This document shows positions 9,252 to 19,208 of a DNA stretch of 64,000 nucleotides, in pieces (positions within the stretch are counted from its first letter, which is position 1; each line of letters starts with the position of its first letter). Location: the sequence record LC680884.1, one strand, 5' to 3'. The translations under genes were made by a program, and so were the position numbers. The notes beneath the pieces were generated by a model, which ran no database searches, was not told the DNA's origin, and saw only the letters and a list, made by a program, of their open reading frames with translations.

Positions 9252-10890
9252 CTTTTAAATCTACTGGAGGAAATTCTGGTTGATTACTATTGTTATTATT
9301 AAAGAATGATCCCTTATTTTCCCTTGCCTTATTAGGATTAAACTCTTTAAATTTATCTCCACCAATTTTATCTTCTGATAATGATTTTGCTAAATGAATA
9401 TCATCCATTAATCGTAATCCATTACCTTTTTCAAATGGATGTGCAAAATAAGTTATTGATGGTTTCTTAGCACGAGATGCTATCAATTTAAATGTAAGGT
9501 ACTCAACGCCTTCAAATTCCTCTTTATTAACAATTACGCCATAATCAGTATTTTCCTGCATTAAAGCAGATTCCCCAATATGTGATGCATTCAGATTCTT
9601 ACCAATATTACTTTTACCTTTTTCTAATGAAGTTTCTAGTATACGATATGCTTCCCTATTCAATTGTCCAGCTGAAATAACAGGAATATTTCTAGTCTTA
9701 GCAATAACGGTAAAATCATCAACCACCGAACCGAGTTCAAGTCTAAGATCAGAAGGATTATAGCTTGATGATCTAATACGCTTAGTATAATCTTGAATAA
9801 GACAAACTACTTCATATCCTTCTAATTCTAAATCATCACACATAGTATCTAAATCAGAAGTACTAATTGATTTATTAGGACGGTATTTAATAAAGAGATC
9901 AATAGGTGCTTCACCATTTTCGTCTACACCGATCACTTCTTCTCTAATAATTCGTAGAGCTTCTTCTTCAGTATAGTTCTCAATATTACTACCAGTGCTA
10001 TGAACAAATATTCTTTGAAGAGTTTCTCGAATACTATTTTCTTGTGTTACATATAAAACACATGGTTTTTTAGTTTTATCTTTTGTAACAATCTCTCTAT
10101 TATATTTACAAATCCATATTGCGATGTTTAATAAAGTCCCGGACTTAAATCCTTTAGGCAGACCAAAGATTAAATAAACTCGACCATTCTCAACTCCACC
10201 ATCAAGCATCTTATTAAAATTTTTAATACCTAATTTCAAATGGTTATTTGGTTTCTTATATTCTTCAATAGTTGCTCTTACTACTGAATCAGCAGTATTT
10301 CCGTTAATATTAAAATCCATTGCGGCATATTGATTAACAGCCTTGGCAGATTTAATATCTTTATTTAATTCCCCAACAATTCTCTCTAATGTATTATTAA
10401 TCGACCGAAGATTACTAGAATCACTAGCTCTTAATTGCTGTAAAGCCATTTCTAAGTCAGGTGAATGTCTTCTTAGATGGATATACGTTAAATTTTCTTC
10501 TACAAATTTATTAATAAACGTAATATCATCATTAGATAGAGGTTCATCAAAATAACCAGACTCAAATAATTCAAGTAAATCCTTTGAGTAATGAGGTAAT
10601 TCTTTTATGCAATATTCTTTAAGAAGTGCATCTCTATAAATATTTTGATCCAATTCCCCTTCTAAAATCTTCTTAAGTAATTCTATTCTTAACATTCTTG
10701 AAAAATCTTCACTATAGGATCTGATATCAATAAAATTAATTAATTTTCTTAAATTGATAAGAGATTTCTTAGTAATTAATGGATTATCAGATAATGTATA
10801 TTGAATAATAGAATCAAACATCTCTATATTAATAGGGAGTTCAACAACTTCTATATCTTTCTTTTTACCACTTTTCTTCTTGAAATACAT
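9205..10890 (-). CDS. dnaB: DnaB-like (SF4) replicative helicase
   Basis: GLPKGFKSGTLL (variant Walker A), IQDY, ISAGQLNRE, DYGVIV, LIASR. Confidence 0.8.
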   Translation of the reverse strand: MYFKKKSGKKKDIEVVELPINIEMFDSIIQYTLSDNPLITKKSLINLRKLINFIDIRSYSEDFSRMLRIELLKKILEGELDQNIYRDALLKEYCIKELPHYSKDLLELFESGYFDEPLSNDDITFINKFVEENLTYIHLRRHSPDLEMALQQLRASDSSNLRSINNTLERIVGELNKDIKSAKAVNQYAAMDFNINGNTADSVVRATIEEYKKPNNHLKLGIKNFNKMLDGGVENGRVYLIFGLPKGFKSGTLLNIAIWICKYNREIVTKDKTKKPCVLYVTQENSIRETLQRIFVHSTGSNIENYTEEEALRIIREEVIGVDENGEAPIDLFIKYRPNKSISTSDLDTMCDDLELEGYEVVCLIQDYTKRIRSSSYNPSDLRLELGSVVDDFTVIAKTRNIPVISAGQLNREAYRILETSLEKGKSNIGKNLNASHIGESALMQENTDYGVIVNKEEFEGVEYLTFKLIASRAKKPSITYFAHPFEKGNGLRLMDDIHLAKSLSEDKIGGDKFKEFNPNKARENKGSFFNNNNSNQPEFPPVDLKVEANNGIEKDSGIPF

Positions 10891-10921
10891 CCTACCATTC
10901 TCCTCTACGCTCGGTGTTATA

Positions 10922-10933
10922 CACTTGTATGTT
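10922..10933 (-). promoter_or_regulatory. Late-type promoter AACA-N6-TG
   Basis: AACATACAAGTG, 32 nt upstream of the helicase start. Confidence 0.55.
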
Positions 10934-10987
10934 CATCTGTTGTTATTTTCTCTTTTTTATTTCTGATAATAAAATTTGATAGGAATA

Positions 10988-11257
10988 TTAACCTAAATTA
11001 TTTAATTGTATTGGTTGACTCATAGTATAATTATTCGGATTATCTTCCCAATTATATTCACTAAGATCAATAAGTGATGTGATCATTCCTGAATTCGTTA
11101 AGAATTCTCTATATATTTCTGCTGTTTCTTTATTAATTAATAGAATATGAGTTACGACATTCTTAGTAACTATCTTCAAAGCATAATTAGGATTATTACC
11201 CTTATAGATATCTAATGTATCTCTAGCTACAAGTTGAAGTATTTCATCTTTACTCAT
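10988..11257 (-). CDS. Hypothetical protein (start reassigned to MSKDEIL)
   Basis: ATG at 11257 reduces the overlap with the DUF2786 gene to 8 nt. Confidence 0.55.
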   Translation of the reverse strand: MSKDEILQLVARDTLDIYKGNNPNYALKIVTKNVVTHILLINKETAEIYREFLTNSGMITSLIDLSEYNWEDNPNNYTMSQPIQLNNLG

Positions 11258-11942
11258 TACTCTCAATTCCTTTTCTTTTTTGTGTATCTGCAAAACTCTT
11301 ACCTTTTTTATTTCCAGCTTCCCATGCTTCGCTATCATTAGCAAACTTAGGTTTAATACCAGAACTTGAATGTTTCCTTAAATTCATCTTCTCAAGTGTT
11401 TGAACTACTAGAGAATCTTTTACTAGAACTAATCCCCAATTATTTTCATTCTTTTGTTCTTCGAATTTTTCATTTAAACCTACTAAGAAACCATTGATAA
11501 ATATATTTCTAACACCTACAGTACTTTTACCTGACCTATATACTTTTCCAACATAACTCTTAGCAAATTTATCAATAACTTTTTCTGCATATTGAAATAC
11601 ACTTTTAGCAATAATAACATCTTCCTCTAAACCTAGAAATGTTATAGATGATTTATTTTTTGCATATTTTGATATCAATGCTTCACACTTAAAATTCTTA
11701 GCTATAATAGCAGATAATTGTTTTTTCCACCAAGAAATTCTACCTGTAGGTTCAATTACTTTATCATCTTGTACTACTTTCTTCTCAGAATTATCTTTTA
11801 ATTCTACATCTTTCATGGAAATATTATGTTTTACCATTAATCTTTGTACTGCAAGCATTGCAGCTTGTGCTTCTTCGTCATTTGGAGCATCATTGGCTAA
11901 TGCAAGCGCTTTTTTAATTTTATCAATAATTTTTGTATCCAT
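11250..11942 (-). CDS. DUF2786-domain protein
   Basis: KIIDKIKKALALANDAPNDEEAQAAMLAVQRLMVKHNI. Confidence 0.8.
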   Translation of the reverse strand: MDTKIIDKIKKALALANDAPNDEEAQAAMLAVQRLMVKHNISMKDVELKDNSEKKVVQDDKVIEPTGRISWWKKQLSAIIAKNFKCEALISKYAKNKSSITFLGLEEDVIIAKSVFQYAEKVIDKFAKSYVGKVYRSGKSTVGVRNIFINGFLVGLNEKFEEQKNENNWGLVLVKDSLVVQTLEKMNLRKHSSSGIKPKFANDSEAWEAGNKKGKSFADTQKRKGIESNE

Positions 11943-12486
11943 TAAAGAAACCTCCTAGTTTATAAGGATCAATTCTAGTAATAATTCTATTCTTTTTAAC
12001 AGCATAATTATATGTAAGTCCAGTTCCAGTCCAAGGTTCGCCATTATATACTGCTATTACATATTTAGAATTATTAACCATCCACTTATCTCTATTCCAC
12101 ATACATTTTTTAGTATATTCCTTTTTAGACACATAGTGAACATAATCACTTCTATCTAATATAGCATGATAAAACATTCGATCATATTCTTTCCATTTTA
12201 TTTCCTGACGAAAACAAGGAATTGCACATACTAGTTTTATATTCGGATATTCACTTTTAAGTTTTAAAACTATCTCTGCCGCCCAAGTATCCCCACCTAG
12301 AGCCATTCCTGTTATAAAGGTATCTATTCCATATTCTTTAATATGTCTAACAATTTCATTATATAAAACTCTGATAATCTTTTGATTACCAGAGGTTTTT
12401 TTATTATACCCATACAATAGATGTGGTCTATGAGCAGTAAAACAAACAGTTGTATCATTATTTATCTTCATTTTACAATTGCTCAC
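11923..12486 (-). CDS. SLOG-superfamily YspA/DUF1273-like protein
   Basis: VCFTAHRP, FITGMALGGDTWAAEIVLKLK, RDKWMVNNS, TGTGLTYNYA. Confidence 0.8.
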   Translation of the reverse strand: MSNCKMKINNDTTVCFTAHRPHLLYGYNKKTSGNQKIIRVLYNEIVRHIKEYGIDTFITGMALGGDTWAAEIVLKLKSEYPNIKLVCAIPCFRQEIKWKEYDRMFYHAILDRSDYVHYVSKKEYTKKCMWNRDKWMVNNSKYVIAVYNGEPWTGTGLTYNYAVKKNRIITRIDPYKLGGFFNGYKNY

Positions 12487-12952
12487 TTATCATATTTTTT
12501 TCTTTATGGAGAATCGTTACAATATTCCTAAGTTCATCAATAATACTCTTTTTCCAATTATCAATTTCACTAAATAGACCTGTTTTAATATAACTAGGAA
12601 TTTTCCACTTCTTAACATTCTTAATAAATTCTTTAGCGTCAATTTCTTCATTATTTAGTAATAATTCAGAAGCATAGTCATGTAATCTTTTTTGCATCTC
12701 ACTGTTTAATTTAAATGCAATGCTTTCAATAGCAATAAATACAATCTCATAATCTAAATTTCCAATGTGTTCTAATGAATGAGGCACATGACCAAGAATA
12801 TAATCGTATTCTGTAAAGTGTTTAGATTTTACCTTTTCCGCATGCTTATTTTTTACTACAATATCATTTGGAATCCCATTATGAAAACCTTTAATCAATA
12901 ATCCTTCTTTTTCAATTTCATTTAACAGTTTATTCATTTTAGATTTTTTCAT
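12473..12952 (-). CDS. Hypothetical protein
   Basis: 159-aa ORF coupled to both neighbours. Confidence 0.6.
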   Translation of the reverse strand: MKKSKMNKLLNEIEKEGLLIKGFHNGIPNDIVVKNKHAEKVKSKHFTEYDYILGHVPHSLEHIGNLDYEIVFIAIESIAFKLNSEMQKRLHDYASELLLNNEEIDAKEFIKNVKKWKIPSYIKTGLFSEIDNWKKSIIDELRNIVTILHKEKNMISEQL

Positions 12953-14064
12953 TATTTTTCCTCCATAATAGCTTTATTGATAGTATCAAGAGTGAGATTA
13001 ATACCATATTTTAACTGAATATATTTTTGAGTGGTAGTTGTTAGATCATATTCTCTATTAATAATAAACATATATTCTTCGTCAACTTTATCTTCAATAT
13101 CTTTTCTCTTAATATCAAGCTTAACATCACTATCCTGACTTACTAAACTTTTCATGGCTGATACATCTTCATCATTAATGTCTTTTGCTATGATTCTAAC
13201 ATGGTCATACTCTTTCTTTAGTTCCCCAATAATTTTTAATTTATCTTCTAAATTATCTCCCTTAATGTCGTCCATATTAAATGTGACGTATGTAGGAGCA
13301 TCTTCATTCTCAATAAATTTGGTTCTACACTCTAATGTTTCTTGATTATAAAATACCTCTACAAATCCTTTTGGTTTTTCTTCTCCAAAGCAGAATCTAC
13401 TAAATGAACTAGTATATTCAATTTTATTTTTGTAAATATTACGAGTATGAATATGACCACCAATTGCTTTCCCATATACTAAATCTGCAATTCTGTCTGA
13501 ATCATAAACAGGTGCATTTTTAACATGTCTTTCAGATTCAATGTCTGGGATAAATCCTACAAAGTCAAATGTACCATGAAAGAAAATCATATCATATTTA
13601 GCATCTTCTTCTAGATTAAAATATTTATCATAGTATTCTTCTTGGTTCTCTACGTATTCTTCAGGCATATACAAGAAGAATGTATCTGGAAAAATTTCTT
13701 CCTCTTCAACTGTTTCTATAATTCTGAATCTTGGATAATGTTTAGCTTCAATGTATTTAAAGTTACTTAATTGGTTGAAATCATGTGTCTTAGTTCCTTT
13801 TAGTAATCTTAATTTAAAATTATATTTTAATGATAAATCAACTAATTCTAAAATAAATTTGATACATAAAGTACTTCCTATTTCATTCATTCTAAGAATC
13901 CTATCAAATAAATCCCCAGATATAATGATGTAATCAATATCTTCTTTTTCGTTATCTATTTTACTTATGAAATATTTCTTTAATTCCTCATATAATTTAA
14001 CATCATCTTTTTTCCCAAAGTGAATATCTGCTATTACTAAACCATATAATTCATTATTCTTCAA
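12952..14064 (-). CDS. sbcD: SbcD/Mre11-like nuclease subunit
   Basis: IADIHFG, SGDLFD, GTKTHD, FHGTF, GGHIH, YTSSFSRFCFGEE. Confidence 0.85.
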   Translation of the reverse strand: MKNNELYGLVIADIHFGKKDDVKLYEELKKYFISKIDNEKEDIDYIIISGDLFDRILRMNEIGSTLCIKFILELVDLSLKYNFKLRLLKGTKTHDFNQLSNFKYIEAKHYPRFRIIETVEEEEIFPDTFFLYMPEEYVENQEEYYDKYFNLEEDAKYDMIFFHGTFDFVGFIPDIESERHVKNAPVYDSDRIADLVYGKAIGGHIHTRNIYKNKIEYTSSFSRFCFGEEKPKGFVEVFYNQETLECRTKFIENEDAPTYVTFNMDDIKGDNLEDKLKIIGELKKEYDHVRIIAKDINDEDVSAMKSLVSQDSDVKLDIKRKDIEDKVDEEYMFIINREYDLTTTTQKYIQLKYGINLTLDTINKAIMEEK

Positions 14065-14170
14065 GAGATTTTCCCCTCTCCATAATTCCTTTTAATAAAA
14101 GTATCTCTCCTTTTACCCTTAATTATTTATTAGTTGATTTCTTTTATTTTAATGAGAATTAATATTTATA

Positions 14171-14374
14171 TTATAGCATAAACTTTCTTCTAAATTTTAA
14201 TTTATTAATAATTTTCCTTTCAGCTCTCATTCTGTTAAATGTGGGAAAAATAAGACTATTAAAAATCTCACTTTCTCTTTTTCCATCACTTGTTACACCC
14301 ACTAGTAATGTTTTTGTTGAATCTTCTTCACTAAATTCAGTAAAAGTAATAGTTACTGGCTGTTTTTCTGACAT
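14171..14374 (-). CDS. Hypothetical protein (start MSEKQPV)
   Basis: RBS AGGAGG upstream of the ATG at 14374. Confidence 0.55.
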   Translation of the reverse strand: MSEKQPVTITFTEFSEEDSTKTLLVGVTSDGKRESEIFNSLIFPTFNRMRAERKIINKLKFRRKFML

Positions 14375-14413
14375 TATAATTATCCTCCTATTTAGAAATT
14401 TACTTACATCTTT

Positions 14414-14426
14414 ATAATATATAATT
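14414..14426 (-). promoter_or_regulatory. Early-type promoter, one-mismatch variant
   Basis: AATTATATATTAT on the minus strand, divergent from the site at 14473. Confidence 0.5.
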
Positions 14427-14472
14427 GAAAAATGAATTAATAATATTATTAACCGTATCAAAAAATATAATC

Positions 14473-14485
14473 AAATATATATTAT
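14473..14485 (+). promoter_or_regulatory. Early-type phage promoter AAATATATATTAT
   Basis: Exact 13-mer upstream of the 14571-19394 small-gene cluster. Confidence 0.7.
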
Positions 14486-14570
14486 AATTGTGATAATAAT
14501 GAATATTTAATTCTATATTATCTAAAATAGGATATTTCTATGATCCGTTAAAGAGAGGAGGAAACAAAAA

Positions 14571-15278
14571 ATGATAGAATTTTTAGTAATTGGATTAGCA
14601 GTTCATATTTTGCCCAATATTATGATGAAGATAATTAAAAATACAAAACTTGGTCATAAACTACTTACATACACATTTGAGTTAGGTATGCAACATGGGA
14701 AGAAAGGAATTATCTTACATTATAATTTTAGAAGTATAATTGAGTATGGAATTGGACCAGAAATAGCAACTGAATATTATATTGGTTTAGAGATTGGTAA
14801 ATTAGAAGCAAAAGAAAGAAAAAGTTTTAAAAATGAATTTATTCAAGGTTTCTTTGAAACTGTAGAAGAAAATTTAGATACAATGACTAATGAAGAAATG
14901 AAAGAAATTAATAAAACACCAATTATATCAACAGTTAGCAATTATGTTAGAAGAGATAAACAAAAGGGAATCAATGATTTAAAATATTTAACAGTTAAAG
15001 AAGGAAGAGTAACAAAATTGAATATTTTTATTAATATTCTTTTACTAGTTTTATTATCTTTAATTAACTTTCATCTTTTAATTCAACCAATTATTTGCTT
15101 TATTAGAAAACAAACAGCAAAAAGTAAATTTGGTAAGAAAGTTTTAAAAGGGAATTTTCAAAAAGGTTATAATGTTTATAATATTTCATTTACAAAAAAT
15201 ATAGCAATTGATTTATTAATTTCTCCCGCTGTATTAGATCCAATGAGAATTGGAAGAACAATAAGAAACTTCAAATAA
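14571..15278 (+). CDS. Hypothetical membrane protein
   Basis: Strong RBS; hydrophobic N-terminus and internal TM segment; weak internal duplication (KLGHKLL/KFGKKVL). Confidence 0.6.
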   Translation: MIEFLVIGLAVHILPNIMMKIIKNTKLGHKLLTYTFELGMQHGKKGIILHYNFRSIIEYGIGPEIATEYYIGLEIGKLEAKERKSFKNEFIQGFFETVEENLDTMTNEEMKEINKTPIISTVSNYVRRDKQKGINDLKYLTVKEGRVTKLNIFINILLLVLLSLINFHLLIQPIICFIRKQTAKSKFGKKVLKGNFQKGYNVYNISFTKNIAIDLLISPAVLDPMRIGRTIRNFK

Positions 15279-15294
15279 AAAGTGGAGGAACATT

Positions 15295-15489
15295 ATGGAA
15301 AATTTTAATGGAGAAAAAGTTACTTTTGCTCGTAAGCTTGGTAGAACAGCAGGTAATCTTTTCAATAAACGTATAAATAAAGTTGTAGGGAGAAATGAAA
15401 CTTCTAGTAAAATGATTAAAAAGAATCACAATAATATTGAGGTTAGTGTAGTTAAGAAAAATAAAAAAGACATTTGGGGGAATAAATAA
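15295..15489 (+). CDS. Hypothetical protein
   Basis: RBS GGAGG; coupled to the next ORF. Confidence 0.55.
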   Translation: MENFNGEKVTFARKLGRTAGNLFNKRINKVVGRNETSSKMIKKNHNNIEVSVVKKNKKDIWGNK

Positions 15490-16049
15490 TGAATATTTTT
15501 ATGGATATTTTAGCATATGCTAATGACGAACTAGAAGAAAATCATGCTGTAAGTGTATTTTCATCTAAGATTGGTAGTCATCTTGATAATTTGTTACAAG
15601 ATGATAAAAATACTAATATGATCATAAAACTAGGAAATATTGATTCTTTAGAAGAGATTACACATGAGGAATTAGAATTTATTAATAAATATTTATCTGA
15701 CTTTATGAAGATTTATAGAGAAAGTGAGGTTTTTAATTCCTTTATGGAAATCTTATCCAATTATGACTATGGAATACCAAAAGAAAAAATTAATCAATTA
15801 ATAAAGTCACTTAATGTTTTGGTTAAAGAGAAAGTACCAAATCTAAATGTACTTGATGATATTAAAAAGAAAGAAATTGAAAATGCCATTCAGCTTCTTA
15901 TTAAGTATACAAATGATTACAGTGAAGATGTAGTTGTTAAATCGTATGGTTTTGATGATCAAGGAAGACCATATATTGAATGGGTAAACACTAAAGTATC
16001 GTCTACAATATATTTTGATGATATGGATGTAAAATTAAAGGCAATATAA
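15489..16049 (+). CDS. Hypothetical protein
   Basis: 186-aa ORF in the operon. Confidence 0.6.
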   Translation: MNIFMDILAYANDELEENHAVSVFSSKIGSHLDNLLQDDKNTNMIIKLGNIDSLEEITHEELEFINKYLSDFMKIYRESEVFNSFMEILSNYDYGIPKEKINQLIKSLNVLVKEKVPNLNVLDDIKKKEIENAIQLLIKYTNDYSEDVVVKSYGFDDQGRPYIEWVNTKVSSTIYFDDMDVKLKAI

Positions 16050-16061
16050 AGGTGATAAATA

Positions 16062-16394
16062 ATGACTAATAAAATTATAGCATTATTTATCACAATTAAT
16101 TTACTCTTTTTACTTTCAGCTTGTGGGAAACCAAATGAGGAAGAAGCACATAAGCAGGTAGAATCATTTATTACAGAATATTATGGAGATGACCTTTTAG
16201 AATTTAATAAAGAAAATGTTGAAGTCAAAGAACTTAAAGAAAATATGTTTAGAGTATTAGGGATGTTCAAAGTAAGAGAACCTAGAAAAATAGCAACAAT
16301 AATGTATAGTATTGATGCTAGATATGATCCAGACAAAGATGAATGGTATTTTGAGAATGTTGAAACACATGATATTGATGAATATTTAAAGTAA
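16062..16394 (+). CDS. Predicted lipoprotein
   Basis: Signal peptide with lipobox LSA-C. Confidence 0.7.
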   Translation: MTNKIIALFITINLLFLLSACGKPNEEEAHKQVESFITEYYGDDLLEFNKENVEVKELKENMFRVLGMFKVREPRKIATIMYSIDARYDPDKDEWYFENVETHDIDEYLK

Positions 16395-16412
16395 AATAAA
16401 AAAAAAGAAAAT

Positions 16413-17177
16413 TTGGAGGAGAATAAAATGAGATTAATCGTAGAAAACGCAGTTAAAGAAGGAACTAAAAAGGCTATTACTTATGGAGCAGCTATTGTTG
16501 GTGGAGGAATTGCAAGTGCTATTATTGGTAAGAAACTTTCTGAAAAATTACCTGAAAGTGTAAAAACCAAATTATCACCGAGTAATTATGTGAAAATGGG
16601 TAATATTAAGAAGGTAAATCCAGTAGGATTTGTTAAGGATAAATTTAGTAAAAGTAATAATGATGAATATATTGAATCTGAAATGAAAGTACATTTACCA
16701 GAAAAAGAAAGATTTGAAAAAGATAATGGTGCATATTCATCTCAAAATGTTGGTATGAGAGAAGCTATTGATCCAAATAGAGAGACATTGGTTCGTGATA
16801 CTGTTAAGATAAATGAAGATGAGGAAATTAACTTTCAGTCTAATATTATAATTGAAGATGATGAAGATATTGAAGTTAGCGAAGAGGAAATGAATAGTTT
16901 CTTTGATGAAGAAGTTGGAGAAACGGAAGAATTACTTGAAAAAGCTGAGGAAACTTTAGAAGCATTAAAAGAAGATAAAAAATCTGACAAGAAATCTAAT
17001 GCTGATAAGGCAAAGGAAATTGCTTCTAGTAAAGAAAATAAAAAACCATTTTATGAAGAAATTGCAAGTAAAGATAAAGAAGCTACAAAAGAACCAGTAA
17101 AGAAACCAAAAGCAACAAAGAAAGAAAAGACCGACAGTAAGACTAAGAAAAAAGAAAAGGAAAAAGCTGAAAAGTAA
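16413..17177 (+). CDS. Hypothetical protein with N-terminal hydrophobic segment and low-complexity E/K-rich tail
   Basis: AAIVGGGIASAIIG; acidic then basic C-terminus. Confidence 0.6.
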   Translation: MEENKMRLIVENAVKEGTKKAITYGAAIVGGGIASAIIGKKLSEKLPESVKTKLSPSNYVKMGNIKKVNPVGFVKDKFSKSNNDEYIESEMKVHLPEKERFEKDNGAYSSQNVGMREAIDPNRETLVRDTVKINEDEEINFQSNIIIEDDEDIEVSEEEMNSFFDEEVGETEELLEKAEETLEALKEDKKSDKKSNADKAKEIASSKENKKPFYEEIASKDKEATKEPVKKPKATKKEKTDSKTKKKEKEKAEK

Positions 17178-17198
17178 TATTTAATATAAATAGGGAGG

Positions 17199-17873
17199 AT
17201 GAAGGAGATATTCTTTATCTCCTTCATTTTGAAAACTGAAAGGATTGTTGAAAAGGTGAAGGTAATTAGCGTTAATGAAAATGTTTTTGATCAAAAATAT
17301 CGTGAAAAGAGTCTTGCATTCTTTGATCTAATTAGTAAAGAAAAATTTAGAGATGCATATTATGTAATTAATAATAAAGGAGAAGAAAATACATTTTCTA
17401 TTACAACGTTAAAAAATGGTAAACCAATGTCTCTCCCCGAAAGTAAGTTTTACCAAGCTCTAGGATTAAATCAAAAGAGTGTTAGTAATAAAGATCTAGA
17501 GGACATATTTGGTAAAACCCTCATCGTTATTTCCAAATCTGACTTCTTCAAAAGAGTAAGAAAAGAAATTATCAAAATTGAACGTAGACGATTCTGGAAG
17601 AAATTTAAAAAGATTCATGATGTAACCTCTATTATCGAATCCCTTCAAAAAGGAGAAGAAATTATAGTAGAAGTTGTTCACAGAGGAGATGAGTTAATTC
17701 CTAAATCTAGTCTTAGAATTGAAGAAAATTCTTTCTGTTTAAATACAGGTGGAGTTATAAAAGAAATTACTGCAACAGAAGCCTTAGATTATATTGTATC
17801 TTATATCAAAAGGCAGACACATAAAAAGGACGACAGTTTAAGAGAATTTATTGTAAATACATTTATGTCATGA
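17199..17873 (+). CDS. Hypothetical protein
   Basis: 224-aa ORF with RBS. Confidence 0.6.
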   Translation: MKEIFFISFILKTERIVEKVKVISVNENVFDQKYREKSLAFFDLISKEKFRDAYYVINNKGEENTFSITTLKNGKPMSLPESKFYQALGLNQKSVSNKDLEDIFGKTLIVISKSDFFKRVRKEIIKIERRRFWKKFKKIHDVTSIIESLQKGEEIIVEVVHRGDELIPKSSLRIEENSFCLNTGGVIKEITATEALDYIVSYIKRQTHKKDDSLREFIVNTFMS

Positions 17874-17885
17874 GGAGAAATAATA

Positions 17886-18281
17886 ATGCTAAAGAGAAAA
17901 TTAACTTATACTAATGGGGATATCCAAAGTGCTGTAACGGTAGAAATTAGTAAAGAACTAATGGAAGATGTTTTTCAAACTATTCCCGGAGGTCATTTTA
18001 CTGCTGGTAGAATTAGTTCTATTATGATTAGTCATTCTACGGAGGGAAGAGGTTTAATATTTATACCTATTCGAATAACTAGTCCTAACAGTCAAAATAT
18101 AAATTATTATGATAGAATGGTTAGTGCTCCAATTGCGAAAAATCCTATTGAATGGACTCAAATGGTTGAAGGAGAGAGTATTATATTTAATACTAACTCT
18201 CTTACTGAATCATTTGCAAAAAATAGAATTGAATCATTTGCAAATACCATAGTAAAAAAGTATTTTCAACATTTAGAATAA
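17886..18281 (+). CDS. Hypothetical protein (paralog family A, copy 1)
   Basis: ISSIMISHSTEGRGLIFIPI motif shared with the next two ORFs. Confidence 0.6.
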   Translation: MLKRKLTYTNGDIQSAVTVEISKELMEDVFQTIPGGHFTAGRISSIMISHSTEGRGLIFIPIRITSPNSQNINYYDRMVSAPIAKNPIEWTQMVEGESIIFNTNSLTESFAKNRIESFANTIVKKYFQHLE

Positions 18282-18309
18282 AAATCTAAAGAAAGGAAGG
18301 AAATTTAAG

Positions 18310-18711
18310 ATGAATATACTTGTTCAACTGTTCAATGACCAGTTTATTCTTGGATTAAGAAATAACTGGAAAGACCTAAAAGATGTATTGATTTTAAATC
18401 TTCCTTCTTACAGGCTTGTAAAGACTTCCAGTAATTTAATGATTAGATATTCAGTTAATAATATTAGTTTATATATGCCAATAAAAGTCTGTAATGCGGA
18501 TTATTTAGATCTTGCATGTTATACCACAATAATTGAAAAGCCTCTTGATTATAGAGAGGCTTTAACTATTGATTTAAATCATGAAAATACTATAATTGAC
18601 AGTAAATTACTATTACCAAAAGGAAGAAATCTATTCTATACAACTATAAAGGATGTAGTGGAGGATTTACTTACCAATGATGAAAAAGGTATCCTTCAGT
18701 CACAGGCTTAA
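18310..18711 (+). CDS. Hypothetical protein (paralog family A, copy 2)
   Basis: SSNLMIRYSVNNISLYMPI. Confidence 0.6.
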   Translation: MNILVQLFNDQFILGLRNNWKDLKDVLILNLPSYRLVKTSSNLMIRYSVNNISLYMPIKVCNADYLDLACYTTIIEKPLDYREALTIDLNHENTIIDSKLLLPKGRNLFYTTIKDVVEDLLTNDEKGILQSQA

Positions 18712-19117
18712 TTCTATGTTGAGTCATATTCCATATATGTTGACTGAAAGAAATGGAATAAGAAAAGTGATACTTGTTACTGATGATACCATACAAAAGA
18801 ATATTAGTAAACTTAGACGTAATACCATTATTTCAATGTGTATAAATTCATCAGATAACGTATTAATTGAGTATGAAAACAATAAAGAAAATAGAAAGAT
18901 TTATATACCAGTAGAAGGTAAGAGTCTTATGAAAAGTTTTAACCTAGGTATATATTCTAAAATACAGGATTACAATGAACTTATAGGTATAGCTGATGCC
19001 AGAAAGCTATATAAAATAATTTCATCAAAACTATTACCAAATAGATATATAAATGATTTAATTGCCATTGAAAAATCTGTATTTAAGACGAGGGATATAA
19101 TAGATGAAATAAGTTAA
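18677..19117 (+). CDS. Hypothetical protein (paralog family A, copy 3)
   Basis: SDNVLIEYENNKENRKIYIPV. Confidence 0.6.
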   Translation: MMKKVSFSHRLNSMLSHIPYMLTERNGIRKVILVTDDTIQKNISKLRRNTIISMCINSSDNVLIEYENNKENRKIYIPVEGKSLMKSFNLGIYSKIQDYNELIGIADARKLYKIISSKLLPNRYINDLIAIEKSVFKTRDIIDEIS

Positions 19118-19208
19118 TCTTTAGGAGGACATTACTAAATGATTAAGGTATTTAAAATTTCAATCGAATACGAATAGTAAAAAATAAAAATTAGGATGGT
19201 GCTGAATT

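Noticed and set aside
9205-10890. Intein in the DnaB-like helicase or RNAP genes
   Set aside because: No Cys/Ser-start...His-Asn-end blocks or LAGLIDADG motifs, and the motif spacing is uninterrupted.
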